Below the pieces are notes generated by a model. It was given only the letters and a program-made list of their open reading frames with translations. It was not told where the DNA came from and made no database searches. From Solirubrobacterales bacterium (GTDB lineage Bacteria; Actinomycetota; Thermoleophilia; Solirubrobacterales; 70-9), in contig DASSTR010000046.1 in the NCBI GenBank assembly GCA_035707825.1, positions 1 to 63,238 on the forward strand: 63,238 bases of DNA, read 5' to 3'. Both the position numbers and the translations under genes were made by a program. Positions 1 through 7,767 of the stretch are shown here, piece by piece; the stretch's first letter is position 1; every line of letters starts with the position of its first letter.

Positions 1-948
1 GAGCACGCGACGCTCGCGGTAGGAGAGGTTCTCCAGCGCCTCTTTCAACGCCTCTTTGGTGAGCAGGTCCGCGGCGCGGTCGAAGGGGGACTCGGCCTTC
101 TCGTCGGCGATGAACTGGCCGAACTCCGACTCCTCCTCGTCACCGACCGGCTTCTCGAGGCTGACCGGCGCCTGCGCCGACCGCTTGATCGAGTCGACCT
201 CCTCGGGATCGATGCCGGTGACCTCGGCGATCTCCTCCGGGGTCGGCTCACGGCCCAGCTCGGTGACCAGCTTGCGCTCGGCGCGGCCGATCTTGTTCAG
301 CTTCTCGACCACGTGGACCGGGATGCGGATCGTGCGCGCCTTGTCGGCGAGCGCGCGAGCGATCGCCTGGCGGATCCACCAGGTCGCGTAGGTGGAGAAC
401 TTGAAGCCCTTGCGGTAGTCGAACTTCTCCGCCGCACGGACCAGCCCCAGCGTCCCCTCCTGGATCAGGTCGAGGAAGGGAAGGCCCTGGTTGCGGTAGT
501 TCTTGGCGATCGAGACGACCAGGCGCAGGTTGGACTCGACCATTTTCTGCTTCGCGTCGAGGTCGCCGCGCTCGATCCGTTTGGCGAGTTCGACCTCCTC
601 CTGCGCTGTCAGCAGGCGGACCTTGCCGATGTCCTTGAGGAACAGCTGCAAACTGTCCGTGGTCATGTCCGGTTTCAGGTCGAGCGCCTGTTTCTGGCGG
701 CGCCGGCCTTTTTTGCCGTCGGCGACGGGCATGGCTTCCGCGGCCGCTTTCTGGGCCGGGTCCATGTCCTCGACGAGCTCGATGCCCGACTTCTCGAGGT
801 GCCCGTAAAGGTCCTCGACGTCGGACTCGTCCAGATCGACCTCAGACACCGCCGAGGCGATGTCGCCGAAGGTCAGCACGCCCAGCTGCTGTCCCCTCGT
901 TATTAGGCCTTTTACCTCCTCAAGCTCTTGAAGCTCAGCTACTAGCAT
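1..948 (-). CDS. rpoD: RNA polymerase primary sigma factor (RpoD/SigA family); the C-terminal end runs off the window edge
   Basis: Absent from the ORF track because the frame is open at nt 1. Minus-strand ATG at 948-946. The translation [23 protein letters not shown]...[31 protein letters not shown]...[40 protein letters not shown]...[22 protein letters not shown] matches sigma-70 regions 1.2, 2 and 3. Confidence 0.93.
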   Translation of the reverse strand, partial: MLVAELQELEEVKGLITRGQQLGVLTFGDIASAVSEVDLDESDVEDLYGHLEKSGIELVEDMDPAQKAAAEAMPVADGKKGRRRQKQALDLKPDMTTDSLQLFLKDIGKVRLLTAQEEVELAKRIERGDLDAKQKMVESNLRLVVSIAKNYRNQGLPFLDLIQEGTLGLVRAAEKFDYRKGFKFSTYATWWIRQAIARALADKARTIRIPVHVVEKLNKIGRAERKLVTELGREPTPEEIAEVTGIDPEEVDSIKRSAQAPVSLEKPVGDEEESEFGQFIADEKAESPFDRAADLLTKEALKEALENLSYRERRVL

Positions 949-1024
949 CCTGTCTCTATCGTCCTCTGCGCTCGATGGTTGAGTCCTGCCCTCTTGAAAT
1001 ACCCAGAGCGGGCTAAAAGTCTCG

Positions 1025-1051
1025 AAAAAGCGGACCGGCAATCCGGTCCGC
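1025..1051 (-). terminator. Intrinsic-terminator-like hairpin read on the minus strand: GCGGACCGG-AUUG-CCGGUCCGC followed by UUUUU
   Basis: Perfect 9-bp GC-rich stem (1030-1038 / 1043-1051) with a 4-nt loop. The A5 run at 1025-1029 is a U5 tract on the minus strand. It lies 135 nt downstream of the stop of the 1186..2205 gene and about 75 nt upstream of the rpoD ATG. Confidence 0.6.
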
Positions 1052-1124
1052 GGTCCTGAAAAGCCAAGTCTGCGCTGCAATCGCCCAGCTGGGGCATCCA
1101 AACCTACTTCAAACGTCTGTTCGT

Positions 1125-1153
1125 ATGGTAGTTACTTCACTTTGTGAAGTCAA
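1125..1153 (-). promoter_or_regulatory. Candidate sigma-70-type promoter: -35 TTGACT (1153-1148), 17-nt spacer, -10 TACCAT (1130-1125)
   Basis: Read on the minus strand in the relatively AT-rich 949-1185 spacer. The spacer contains the palindrome ACTTCAC-TTT-GTGAAGT (1134-1150). The -10 matches consensus at 4 of 6 positions. Confidence 0.3.
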
Positions 1154-1185
1154 GGTTTGATGCGTAATTTGCGGCATCTTCGTCG

Positions 1186-2205
1186 CTAACCGCGCGACGA
1201 CTTGCTCCCTTTGGACCGGGAAGGGGCCGAATTCGCCGGCGGGGGGCCTGCCACGGCCTTGCGGATCCTCGTGCCCAGCGACCTCGCCTGGTCGCCGTTC
1301 CCCTCGATAGTCAAGCCCTTCTGCTCCCTGAACGCGATCCAGTTGATCCAGGCGGGCAGGTCGCCTGAGATCGACGTGGTTGGCACGGCCTGCATGCGGG
1401 TGGTGCAGGAGATGACCTTCCCTGCGTCGACGCGAATGCTCACTCCGCCGAAATCACGCTGGCCTCCCTCCTGCAGGTCGACGACCAGGCGGAAGACCCC
1501 GGACATGGACGGGGGCATCTCGAGCAGCGGCACCAGAAGGAGAAACAGCGCCTCGATGTCGGCGCGCTTGATCGGCGCCGCGAGGTCGGGGGCCCATTTG
1601 CCCTCCCAGGCAATTCCCAGCGCCAGCGGCGCGGGGGCCCGGCGCAGCCAGGGGGTGGCCTTGAGAAAGGTCCCCGCGGTGCCCGCTTCCCGGTACCGGT
1701 CCAGCAGACCGACGTGGCTCATCGCGTCCAGCCGGCGGCCAAGCTTCGGATAGCTGATTCCGGCGACGAACCTCTGAAGGTCCGTCAGGCGCAGCGGTTT
1801 CGCCGCCAGGGCGCGGATCGCATAGATGGACCAGCCGCCGATCAGCGCCTGGACGTTGCTCTTCGCGGCTGGAGTGCCGAGTGACATCGGGCCGTGGGGG
1901 GACTCCTCCAGCCAGCGGTCGAGCACCTCGCCGACCCGGAGCAGCTGCGCCCCCGCCGGCGTGATCTCGCAGAGCGTCGCGCCGGGGAATTTTTTCTCCC
2001 GCGTGCGGCGCACGAGCCGCATGTCTTCGAGGTCCCGCATGTAGACGCGCATCGTGCTCGTCGGCGGTGAGCCAGCGGCCCGGCGGAGGCCTTCGGGGTC
2101 GTAGGCCTTCTCCGCCAGCGCCGTCAGGATGCCGAAGCTCACCGGCGCGCCAAGGCAGGAGAGCGCCTGCTCACCGGCAGCCTGTTCTTTGGTCCTCTCC
2201 CCCAT
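1186..2205 (-). CDS. Putative winged-helix DNA-binding protein with an unassigned C-terminal domain
   Basis: ORF track gives 1186..2289. I prefer the ATG at 2205 (MGERTKEQ...) because the 28 codons upstream are the G-tract repeat array. The segment RVYMRDLEDMRLVRRTREKKFPGATLCEITPAGAQLL looks like a wHTH recognition helix plus wing. The remaining ~200 aa match nothing I recognise. Confidence 0.5.
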   Translation of the reverse strand: MGERTKEQAAGEQALSCLGAPVSFGILTALAEKAYDPEGLRRAAGSPPTSTMRVYMRDLEDMRLVRRTREKKFPGATLCEITPAGAQLLRVGEVLDRWLEESPHGPMSLGTPAAKSNVQALIGGWSIYAIRALAAKPLRLTDLQRFVAGISYPKLGRRLDAMSHVGLLDRYREAGTAGTFLKATPWLRRAPAPLALGIAWEGKWAPDLAAPIKRADIEALFLLLVPLLEMPPSMSGVFRLVVDLQEGGQRDFGGVSIRVDAGKVISCTTRMQAVPTTSISGDLPAWINWIAFREQKGLTIEGNGDQARSLGTRIRKAVAGPPPANSAPSRSKGSKSSRG

Positions 2206-2263
2206 CCCCCCAGTTCCCAGTCCAGTCCCGCGTCCCGACTCCCAGTCCCGCGTCCCCAGTCCC
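2199..2263 (-). repeat. G-tract array (9 runs of G3-G6 on the minus strand) with a CAGTCCCGCG direct repeat x3
   Basis: Plus-strand C runs at 2199-2203, 2206-2211, 2216-2218, 2227-2229, 2234-2236, 2241-2243, 2247-2249, 2254-2257 and 2261-2263. CAGTCCCGCG starts at 2223, 2243 and 2257. Confidence 0.8.
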
Positions 2264-2268
2264 GCGCG

Positions 2269-3312
2269 ATGAGAATACCTGGCGCGCATACGGCTATTCG
2301 CGGCCGCGGTCGCCTGTGGCGGCTGACGGCTCGGTTAGCTTTCTACCGCCGTGCAACCCGACCAGCCCAGGTCCACCGAGGCATTTTTCCAGGCGCCAGC
2401 GCTCTGACGAGCAACCTGCAACATCCCCGTCCCTGGCTGCGCGCCTTCTGGAATCGCGCCTACCGGGAGAACGTCACCGGGCTCTCGGCGATGGTCGCCT
2501 ACAACCTGATGCTGGCGGTGTTCCCCTTCGCGCTGCTGGTGCTCTTCATCTTCGGCCAGGTGCTGAAGATCGGCGGCGTCGAGGCAAGCGTGCTCGACGA
2601 CCTGCAGCGCCTCTTCCCCAATGCCGAGCAGGGGACGCTGACCGACGTCCTCAATCGGATCGAGGACAACTCGACGACGATCGGGATCGCCGCCTTCGTC
2701 GGCTCGCTCTGGATCGGCGCCTCCTTTTGGGGGGCCATGGACACCGCCTTCTGCCGCATCTACCACGTCGAGTGCCGCGGCTGGGTCGAGCAGAAGCGCT
2801 TCGCCTTCACGATGCTCATCGTCGTGGTGCTCTTCATCGCCGCGAGCATCTTCCTGCCGACGCTGGAGGGGGCCCTCGTCTCCAGCACGGACACGCTGCC
2901 CTTTGGGCTCTCCAGCATCAAGGCGATCGACACCGTCCTGCTGCTCGGCGCGACGGTCGTGATCACCTTCCTGATCTGCTGCGTGATCTTCTGGGCGGTG
3001 CCGAAAGGGCACATGCCGTGGCGGGACGTCTGGCCGGGCGCGGTGTTCGTCACCTTCTGCGCCGTGATCGCCAACTGGCTCTTCCCGGTCTATCTCTCCA
3101 ACGTGTCCAGCCTCTCCCGCTTCGGCTCGACGGTGGGCTTCATCCTGATCACGCTGGTCTGGTTCTACGCGCTCAGCCTGGCGCTGCTCGCCGGCGCGGT
3201 GATCAACTCCCTGCGCCACGAGCTCCACGACACCGGCGAACTCCCGTACTCGAACGGGGCGGTCGCGTCAAAGGAGCCCTGCGGCTGCGAAGAGGGCGGC
3301 GGGAAGGACTGA
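2269..3312 (+). CDS. YihY/BrkB-family integral membrane protein
   Basis: ORF track. Multiple TM helices. NVTGLSAMVAYNLMLAVFPFALLVLFIFGQ and VGFILITLVWFYALSLALLAGAVIN resemble the YihY/BrkB pattern. The start codon is uncertain: no internal Met precedes the conserved core. Confidence 0.75.
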   Translation: MRIPGAHTAIRGRGRLWRLTARLAFYRRATRPAQVHRGIFPGASALTSNLQHPRPWLRAFWNRAYRENVTGLSAMVAYNLMLAVFPFALLVLFIFGQVLKIGGVEASVLDDLQRLFPNAEQGTLTDVLNRIEDNSTTIGIAAFVGSLWIGASFWGAMDTAFCRIYHVECRGWVEQKRFAFTMLIVVVLFIAASIFLPTLEGALVSSTDTLPFGLSSIKAIDTVLLLGATVVITFLICCVIFWAVPKGHMPWRDVWPGAVFVTFCAVIANWLFPVYLSNVSSLSRFGSTVGFILITLVWFYALSLALLAGAVINSLRHELHDTGELPYSNGAVASKEPCGCEEGGGKD

Positions 3313-3327
3313 GGCGCGCGGCCTCAG
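3309..3327. terminator. Hairpin CTGAGGC-GCGCG-GCCTCAG shared by two convergent stop codons
   Basis: A 7-bp stem whose arms contain the TGA of the YihY-like gene (3310-3312) and the stop of glpX (3324-3326, minus strand). There is no U-tract. Confidence 0.35.
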
Positions 3328-4325
3328 CCGTATTTCTCGCCGATGATCGCCCGCAGCTTGGAGCGGTCGTGGCGGGCGTGGACGCGGCGCACCGTGCCCG
3401 AGCGGGAGCGCATCACAAGCGATTCGGTCGTCGCGCCGGGGCCGCGGTAGCGGACTCCCTGCAGCACGTCGCCGTCGGTGACGCCGGTGGCTGAGAAGAA
3501 GACGTCATCTCCCGAACAGAGGTCGTTCGCGGTCAGGACGCGGTCGAGGTCGTAGCCGGCGTCGAGCGCCGCCTGACGCTCCTCGTCGTTGCGGGGCCAG
3601 AGGCGGCCGAGGAGCTGTCCGCCCATCGACTTCAGGGCCGCCGCGGAGAGAACGCCCTCGGGTGTGCCGCCGATTCCCCAGAGCAGGTCCACGGGGGAGC
3701 GCTCGCTGACGGCGAGCAGGGCGGCGGAGACGTCGCCGTCGGAGATCAGACGGATGCGGGCGCCGGCCTCGCGGATCTCTCGGATCGCGTCCTCGTGGCG
3801 GGGCCGGTCGAGGACGACGACGATCACGTCGCCGACGGTGCCGCCCTTGCGCTCGGCGATCAACTTCAAGGTCTCCGGCAGCGGCCGGTCGAGGTCGAGC
3901 AGGTCGGCGATCTCTTCGCCGCCGGCCATCTTTTCCATATAGACGCAGGGGCCGGGATCGAACATCGAGCCCTTCTCGGCGAGGGCGATCACAGCCAGGG
4001 CGCTCGGCATGCCCTTGGCGCAGAGGGTCGTGCCCTCGAGCGGGTCGACGGCGATGTCGCAGACCGGCGGGGTGCCGTCGCCGATGCTCTCGCCGTTGAA
4101 GAGCATCGGCGCTTCGTCCTTCTCTCCCTCGCCGATCACCACGGTGCCGTCCATCGAGACCGAGTCGAGGACGAAGCGCATCGCGTCCACGGCGGCGCCG
4201 TCGGCGGCGAGCTTGTCGCCCCGGCCGACCCAGCGGGCGGCCGCGAGCGCCGCCGCCTCCGTGACCCTCACCAGCTCGAGGGCCAGGTTGCGATCGGGCT
4301 TCTGCTTCTGCGAGCTCGCCTCCAT
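3324..4325 (-). CDS. glpX: Class II fructose-1,6-bisphosphatase (GlpX type)
   Basis: ORF track gives 3324..4475. I moved the start to the ATG at 4325 (MEASSQKQKPDRNLALELVRVTEAAALAAARWVGRGDK...). Other matching segments are DGTVVIGEGEKDEAPMLF, DIAVDPLEGTT and WGIGGTPEGVLSAAALK. Confidence 0.9.
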   Translation of the reverse strand: MEASSQKQKPDRNLALELVRVTEAAALAAARWVGRGDKLAADGAAVDAMRFVLDSVSMDGTVVIGEGEKDEAPMLFNGESIGDGTPPVCDIAVDPLEGTTLCAKGMPSALAVIALAEKGSMFDPGPCVYMEKMAGGEEIADLLDLDRPLPETLKLIAERKGGTVGDVIVVVLDRPRHEDAIREIREAGARIRLISDGDVSAALLAVSERSPVDLLWGIGGTPEGVLSAAALKSMGGQLLGRLWPRNDEERQAALDAGYDLDRVLTANDLCSGDDVFFSATGVTDGDVLQGVRYRGPGATTESLVMRSRSGTVRRVHARHDRSKLRAIIGEKYG

Positions 4326-4489
4326 TCGCCGAGAGGCTAACCACCGGCGCGCCACGGCGCTCAGCGAACGGCTACTCGGCGGTGCGGATTTCGGCTTGGA
4401 GGCGATGCAAAATTGGCACGTTCTGCGCGCTACGCGCGCACTTGCGCTTCCTAGGATCGACCCGTTGAGTTTCAACCAGGAGAGAGCGT

Positions 4490-4762
4490 ATGATGCTCCG
4501 TATGAAAGAGCGGGTCACGATTTCAGTTGAGCCTGAGTTGCTGGAGGACGTCCGCGCCGAGGTGGCGGCAGGGCGGGCGCCAAACGTCTCAGCGGCAGTC
4601 GAAGAGGCACTGCGAGCGAGCAGCAGACGTCACGCGCTGCGAAAGTCGCTCGATCTGTTCGAGGCTGAGTACGGGCCGATCGGGAAGGAGGCGGAAGAAT
4701 GGGCGCGCAAGGAACTCGAAAGAACAGACGAAGAGATCTCGTCCTCGACGCGGGCGCGCTGA
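4490..4762 (+). CDS. vapB: Ribbon-helix-helix antitoxin (VapB-like)
   Basis: ORF track. 90 aa beginning ERVTISVEPELLEDVRAEV, an RHH beta-strand start. It lies immediately upstream of, and overlaps, a PIN-domain gene. A GGAGAG Shine-Dalgarno sequence precedes the ATG. Confidence 0.75.
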   Translation: MMLRMKERVTISVEPELLEDVRAEVAAGRAPNVSAAVEEALRASSRRHALRKSLDLFEAEYGPIGKEAEEWARKELERTDEEISSSTRAR

Positions 4763-5106
4763 TCGCCTACGAGCGAGGCGATCGGCGAGTAGCGGCGCTG
4801 ATCAAGAAGGGTGTCCTACTTGCCCGACTCATCGTTCCGGCCAGCGTAGTTGCGGAGGTTTGGCGCGGCGGGCCGACGGCGGCACGACTCGCACACATAT
4901 TCAATGCCAGCGAGATCGATCCCCTCGACGAGGGTCGAGCCAAGGAGGTTGGGGTGCGCCTTGGCACCCGCGACGCCCAAAATGTCACCGACGCTCATGT
5001 CGTTTGCTGCGCGCTCGGACACGACGCCAAGGTCGTCACCTCCGACCCGGACGACATGGAAGCGCTTGCCAAGCCCGGCGAGCCGCTGGCGCTGATCGCG
5101 GTCTGA
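4699..5106 (+). CDS. vapC: PIN-domain ribonuclease toxin (VapC-like)
   Basis: ORF track. LVLDAGALIAYERGD carries the first PIN acidic residue. NVTDAHVVCCAL and VVTSDPDDM carry the later acidic residues. The only in-frame canonical start gives a 64-nt overlap with vapB. Confidence 0.8.
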   Translation: MGAQGTRKNRRRDLVLDAGALIAYERGDRRVAALIKKGVLLARLIVPASVVAEVWRGGPTAARLAHIFNASEIDPLDEGRAKEVGVRLGTRDAQNVTDAHVVCCALGHDAKVVTSDPDDMEALAKPGEPLALIAV

Positions 5107-5187
5107 GCGCACCCGCGCTCCGGTTGAGCACCCCGCGCTCCGGTCTGAGCGCCCCCGCGCTCCGGTCTGAGCGCCCCCGCGCTTGCT
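5099..5187 (+). repeat. Tandem 21-22-nt repeat x4; each unit is a GAGCGC-N4-GCGCTC hairpin carrying a TGA
   Basis: Units are ggtctgagcgcacccgcgctcc / ggt-tgagcaccccgcgctcc / ggtctgagcgcccccgcgctcc / ggtctgagcgcccccgcgcttg. The first unit contains the vapC stop (5104-5106). Confidence 0.9.
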
Positions 5188-5213
5188 TTTGTGTCCTCGT
5201 ATAAGGTCGCCCG

Positions 5214-6152
5214 ATGGGTCAACGCTGGGGATTGACGTTGCCACTGCCGGGTATCTCGCTGGCCGATCACGAGCAGCACGTCAGGGCCGCCGAGGCCGCC
5301 GGCTATACCGATCTCTGGAGCGGAGAGACCGCCGGGCCCGATGGCTTCACCCCCCTCGCGCTGAGCGCCGCCTGGACGGAGCGGGCGCGCCTTGGCACCG
5401 GGATCGTCGGCGTCTTCCAGCGCGGCCCGGCGCTGCTCGCCCAGGAGGCGGCGGCGCTGGCAAGCGGCTCGCGGGGCCGCTTCGTCCTCGGCATCGGCTC
5501 CTCATCGGACCGGATCGTCGAAGGATGGAACGGCATCCCCTTCGAGCGACCGCTGAGCAAGGTTCGCGAGACGCTCGACTTCCTGCAGACGGCGCTTGCC
5601 GGCGAGCGCACCGAGACCGGCTTCAAGCTCGAAGCGCCGCCCGCGGAGCGGGTGCCGATCGTGCTCGCGGCGCTGCGCGGCAAGATGCTCGAGCTGGCCG
5701 TCGAGCGGGCCGACGGCGCCTTCACCAACTTCCTGCCGCTCGGCGGCCTCTCGAAGGTGACGGGACAACTGCACGGCGCGCCGGAGGGCTTCGAGCTGCT
5801 CTGCCGCTTCTTCTGCCTGCCAGGAGAGCGGGAGCAAGTGGAGCCACTGGCCCGCTTCATGTTCTCCTCCTACATCACCGTCCCCGTCTACACCAACTTC
5901 TACCGCTGGCTCGGATACGGCGACCAGATCGACGCGATGGTCGCCGCCTGGGAGTCGGGCGACCGGCAGGGCGCTGCCGCGGCGGTGCCCTGGGAGCTGA
6001 TCGAGGAGATGTTCATCTTCGACTCCCCCGAGCAGATGAAGGAGCGGATCGGCGCCTTCGTCGATGGCGGGATCACCCTGCCGATTCTGACCCCGATCAC
6101 GACCCCCGACAAGCTCGGCGAGCTGATCGCGGCCCTGGCGCCCTCCTCCTGA
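5214..6152 (+). CDS. Luciferase-like (LLM class) oxidoreductase, probably F420-dependent
   Basis: ORF track. GLTLPLPG...AAGYTDLWSGE...FVLGIGSS...ALRGKMLELAVERADGAFTNF follows the LLM TIM-barrel pattern. Confidence 0.85.
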   Translation: MGQRWGLTLPLPGISLADHEQHVRAAEAAGYTDLWSGETAGPDGFTPLALSAAWTERARLGTGIVGVFQRGPALLAQEAAALASGSRGRFVLGIGSSSDRIVEGWNGIPFERPLSKVRETLDFLQTALAGERTETGFKLEAPPAERVPIVLAALRGKMLELAVERADGAFTNFLPLGGLSKVTGQLHGAPEGFELLCRFFCLPGEREQVEPLARFMFSSYITVPVYTNFYRWLGYGDQIDAMVAAWESGDRQGAAAAVPWELIEEMFIFDSPEQMKERIGAFVDGGITLPILTPITTPDKLGELIAALAPSS

Positions 6153-7240
6153 TGGCCGACCTCAAGACACCCGGGCGGCAGCCGGAGGCGAGCGGGCAGG
6201 CGGAAACCGGTGGGCCGACCGAGACGGTTCTCGTCAGCGGCGGCTCCGGCTTCCTCGGCGGCTGGTGCCTGGTCGAGCTGCTGCGCCGGGGCTACCGGGT
6301 CCGTACCACGGTCCGCGACGCCGCCAAGGAGCCCGAGCTGCGAGCCCGGCTGGCCTCGGTCGTCGAGCACAGCGACGACCGCCTCTCCGTCCACGTCGCC
6401 GACCTCGAAAGCGACGACCACTGGGCAAAGGCGATCGAGGGCTGCGAGTACGTCCTCCATGTCGCCTCGCCGTTTCCGCCCAAGCAGCCGAAGGATCCCG
6501 ACGAGCTGATCGTCCCCGCCCGTGAGGGGACGCTGCGCGTCCTCGGCGCGGCTCTCGACGCCGGCGTGCGCCGCGTTGTCGTCACCTCCTCGGTGGCCGC
6601 GGTGCGGGGCAGCGCCTCGGAATCGGAACCGGCGAAGCCGTTGGACGAGTCCGAGTGGACCGACGGCGACAACCCGAAGCTGGTGCCCTATGTGCGCTCC
6701 AAGGCGCTGGCCGAGCGCGCCGCCTGGGACCTGGTCGATAAGCGCGGCGAGCGCGACAGGCTGGCCACGATCAACCCGGGGGCGATCCTCGGCCCCGTGC
6801 TCGGGGAGGAGCGCTCCTTCTCGCTGCAGATGGTCGAGCGGCTGCTCAAAGGGGTGCCGGGCGCGCCCCGGATCGGCTTCAGCGTCGTCGACGTGCGCGA
6901 CGTCGCCGACCTGCACCTGCGTGCGATGACGGCTCCCGAGGCGGGCGGTGAGCGCTTCATCGCGGCCACGCGGTTCATGTGGATGGCCGAGGTCGCCGCG
7001 GTGCTGCGAGAGCGCCTCGGACCAGACGCGGCCAGGGTGCCAAAGCGGCAGGCTCCCGACTTTGCGGTCCGCGTCATGGGCATCTTCGACCCCAGTGTGC
7101 GCGTAATGACCAGCCAGCTCGGAAAGCGCCTCGACCTATCGAGCGAGAAGGCCCAGAGCCTGCTCGGCTGGTCTCCCCGTCCGGTCGAGGAGACCGTCGC
7201 GGACTGCGCCGAGAGCCTCCTGGACTCCACGGCCGCCTGA
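6152..7240 (+). CDS. NAD(P)-dependent epimerase/dehydratase-family reductase (extended SDR, aldehyde/flavonol-reductase-like)
   Basis: This is the second half of ORF-track frame 5183..7240. The ATG at 6152 overlaps the upstream TGA (TGATG). Rossmann motif VSGGSGFLGGW and catalytic YVRSK (YxxxK). Confidence 0.85.
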   Translation: MADLKTPGRQPEASGQAETGGPTETVLVSGGSGFLGGWCLVELLRRGYRVRTTVRDAAKEPELRARLASVVEHSDDRLSVHVADLESDDHWAKAIEGCEYVLHVASPFPPKQPKDPDELIVPAREGTLRVLGAALDAGVRRVVVTSSVAAVRGSASESEPAKPLDESEWTDGDNPKLVPYVRSKALAERAAWDLVDKRGERDRLATINPGAILGPVLGEERSFSLQMVERLLKGVPGAPRIGFSVVDVRDVADLHLRAMTAPEAGGERFIAATRFMWMAEVAAVLRERLGPDAARVPKRQAPDFAVRVMGIFDPSVRVMTSQLGKRLDLSSEKAQSLLGWSPRPVEETVADCAESLLDSTAA

Positions 7241-7279
7241 CTCTCCAGGGCCGCGTGACCGCCGGTGGGTCCGGCGGCG

Positions 7280-7522
7280 CTAAAGGGGCATCTTGGCCCG
7301 GGCCTGTTTCCCTTTCGAGTGGCTCTTGTCGGCCGCCTGGCGCGATTTGCCAAACGACTTGCTGAACAGACGGCCCAGCGGCCCAGGCGCCTTGCTGCCG
7401 GCGCGCTGACCCGCGGTGAAGCCCTTGTCGGCGCCGTTTCGCAAATGGTCCGACAGCCTTGGCAGTAGGAAGCCAAGCACCAGCAAGAGCACACATAGCG
7501 CCACTACTGCGGCTATCAACAT
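7280..7522 (-). CDS. Small membrane-anchored basic protein (hypothetical)
   Basis: ORF track. A GGAGG sits 7 nt upstream of the ATG. N-terminal TM helix LIAAVVALCVLLLVLGFLL, followed by a Lys/Arg/Ser-rich tail. Confidence 0.6.
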   Translation of the reverse strand: MLIAAVVALCVLLLVLGFLLPRLSDHLRNGADKGFTAGQRAGSKAPGPLGRLFSKSFGKSRQAADKSHSKGKQARAKMPL

Positions 7523-7564
7523 CGTTTCACCTCCCTAGAGAAGAGCATCGTTTTTTGCCCTCCC

Positions 7565-7624
7565 CTAGAAGAGAAGGATGAGGATGATGATGATCAGAAT
7601 CAGAGCGCCTATACCGATGTACAT
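7565..7624 (-). CDS. 19-aa ultra-hydrophobic mini-protein MYIGIGALILIIIILILLF (candidate)
   Basis: Terminal segment of ORF-track frame 7565..7828. ATG at 7624-7622 is preceded by GGGAGG (7634-7629) with 4-nt spacing. The ORF is about 43% GC in a ~70% GC window. Confidence 0.45.
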   Translation of the reverse strand: MYIGIGALILIIIILILLF

Positions 7625-7767
7625 AGTTCCTCCCTTTCTGTGTTCCAACGTGTTCCAACTGGCTTGTGGCGCTTCGCCTCTACCCGAACTGACGGCGAAC
7701 ATGCCCCCGAAACGCGCGGCCCACCGGCCGGGCGTCCCACCGGCCGGGCCAGCGCGAGGGCCGTCGG

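Noticed and set aside
5099-5187. The tandem arrays at 5099-5187 and 21697-21792 as miniature CRISPR arrays.
   Set aside because: The units are 18-22 nt and directly abut one another with no unique spacers. There are no cas genes in the window, and the units overlap coding ends.
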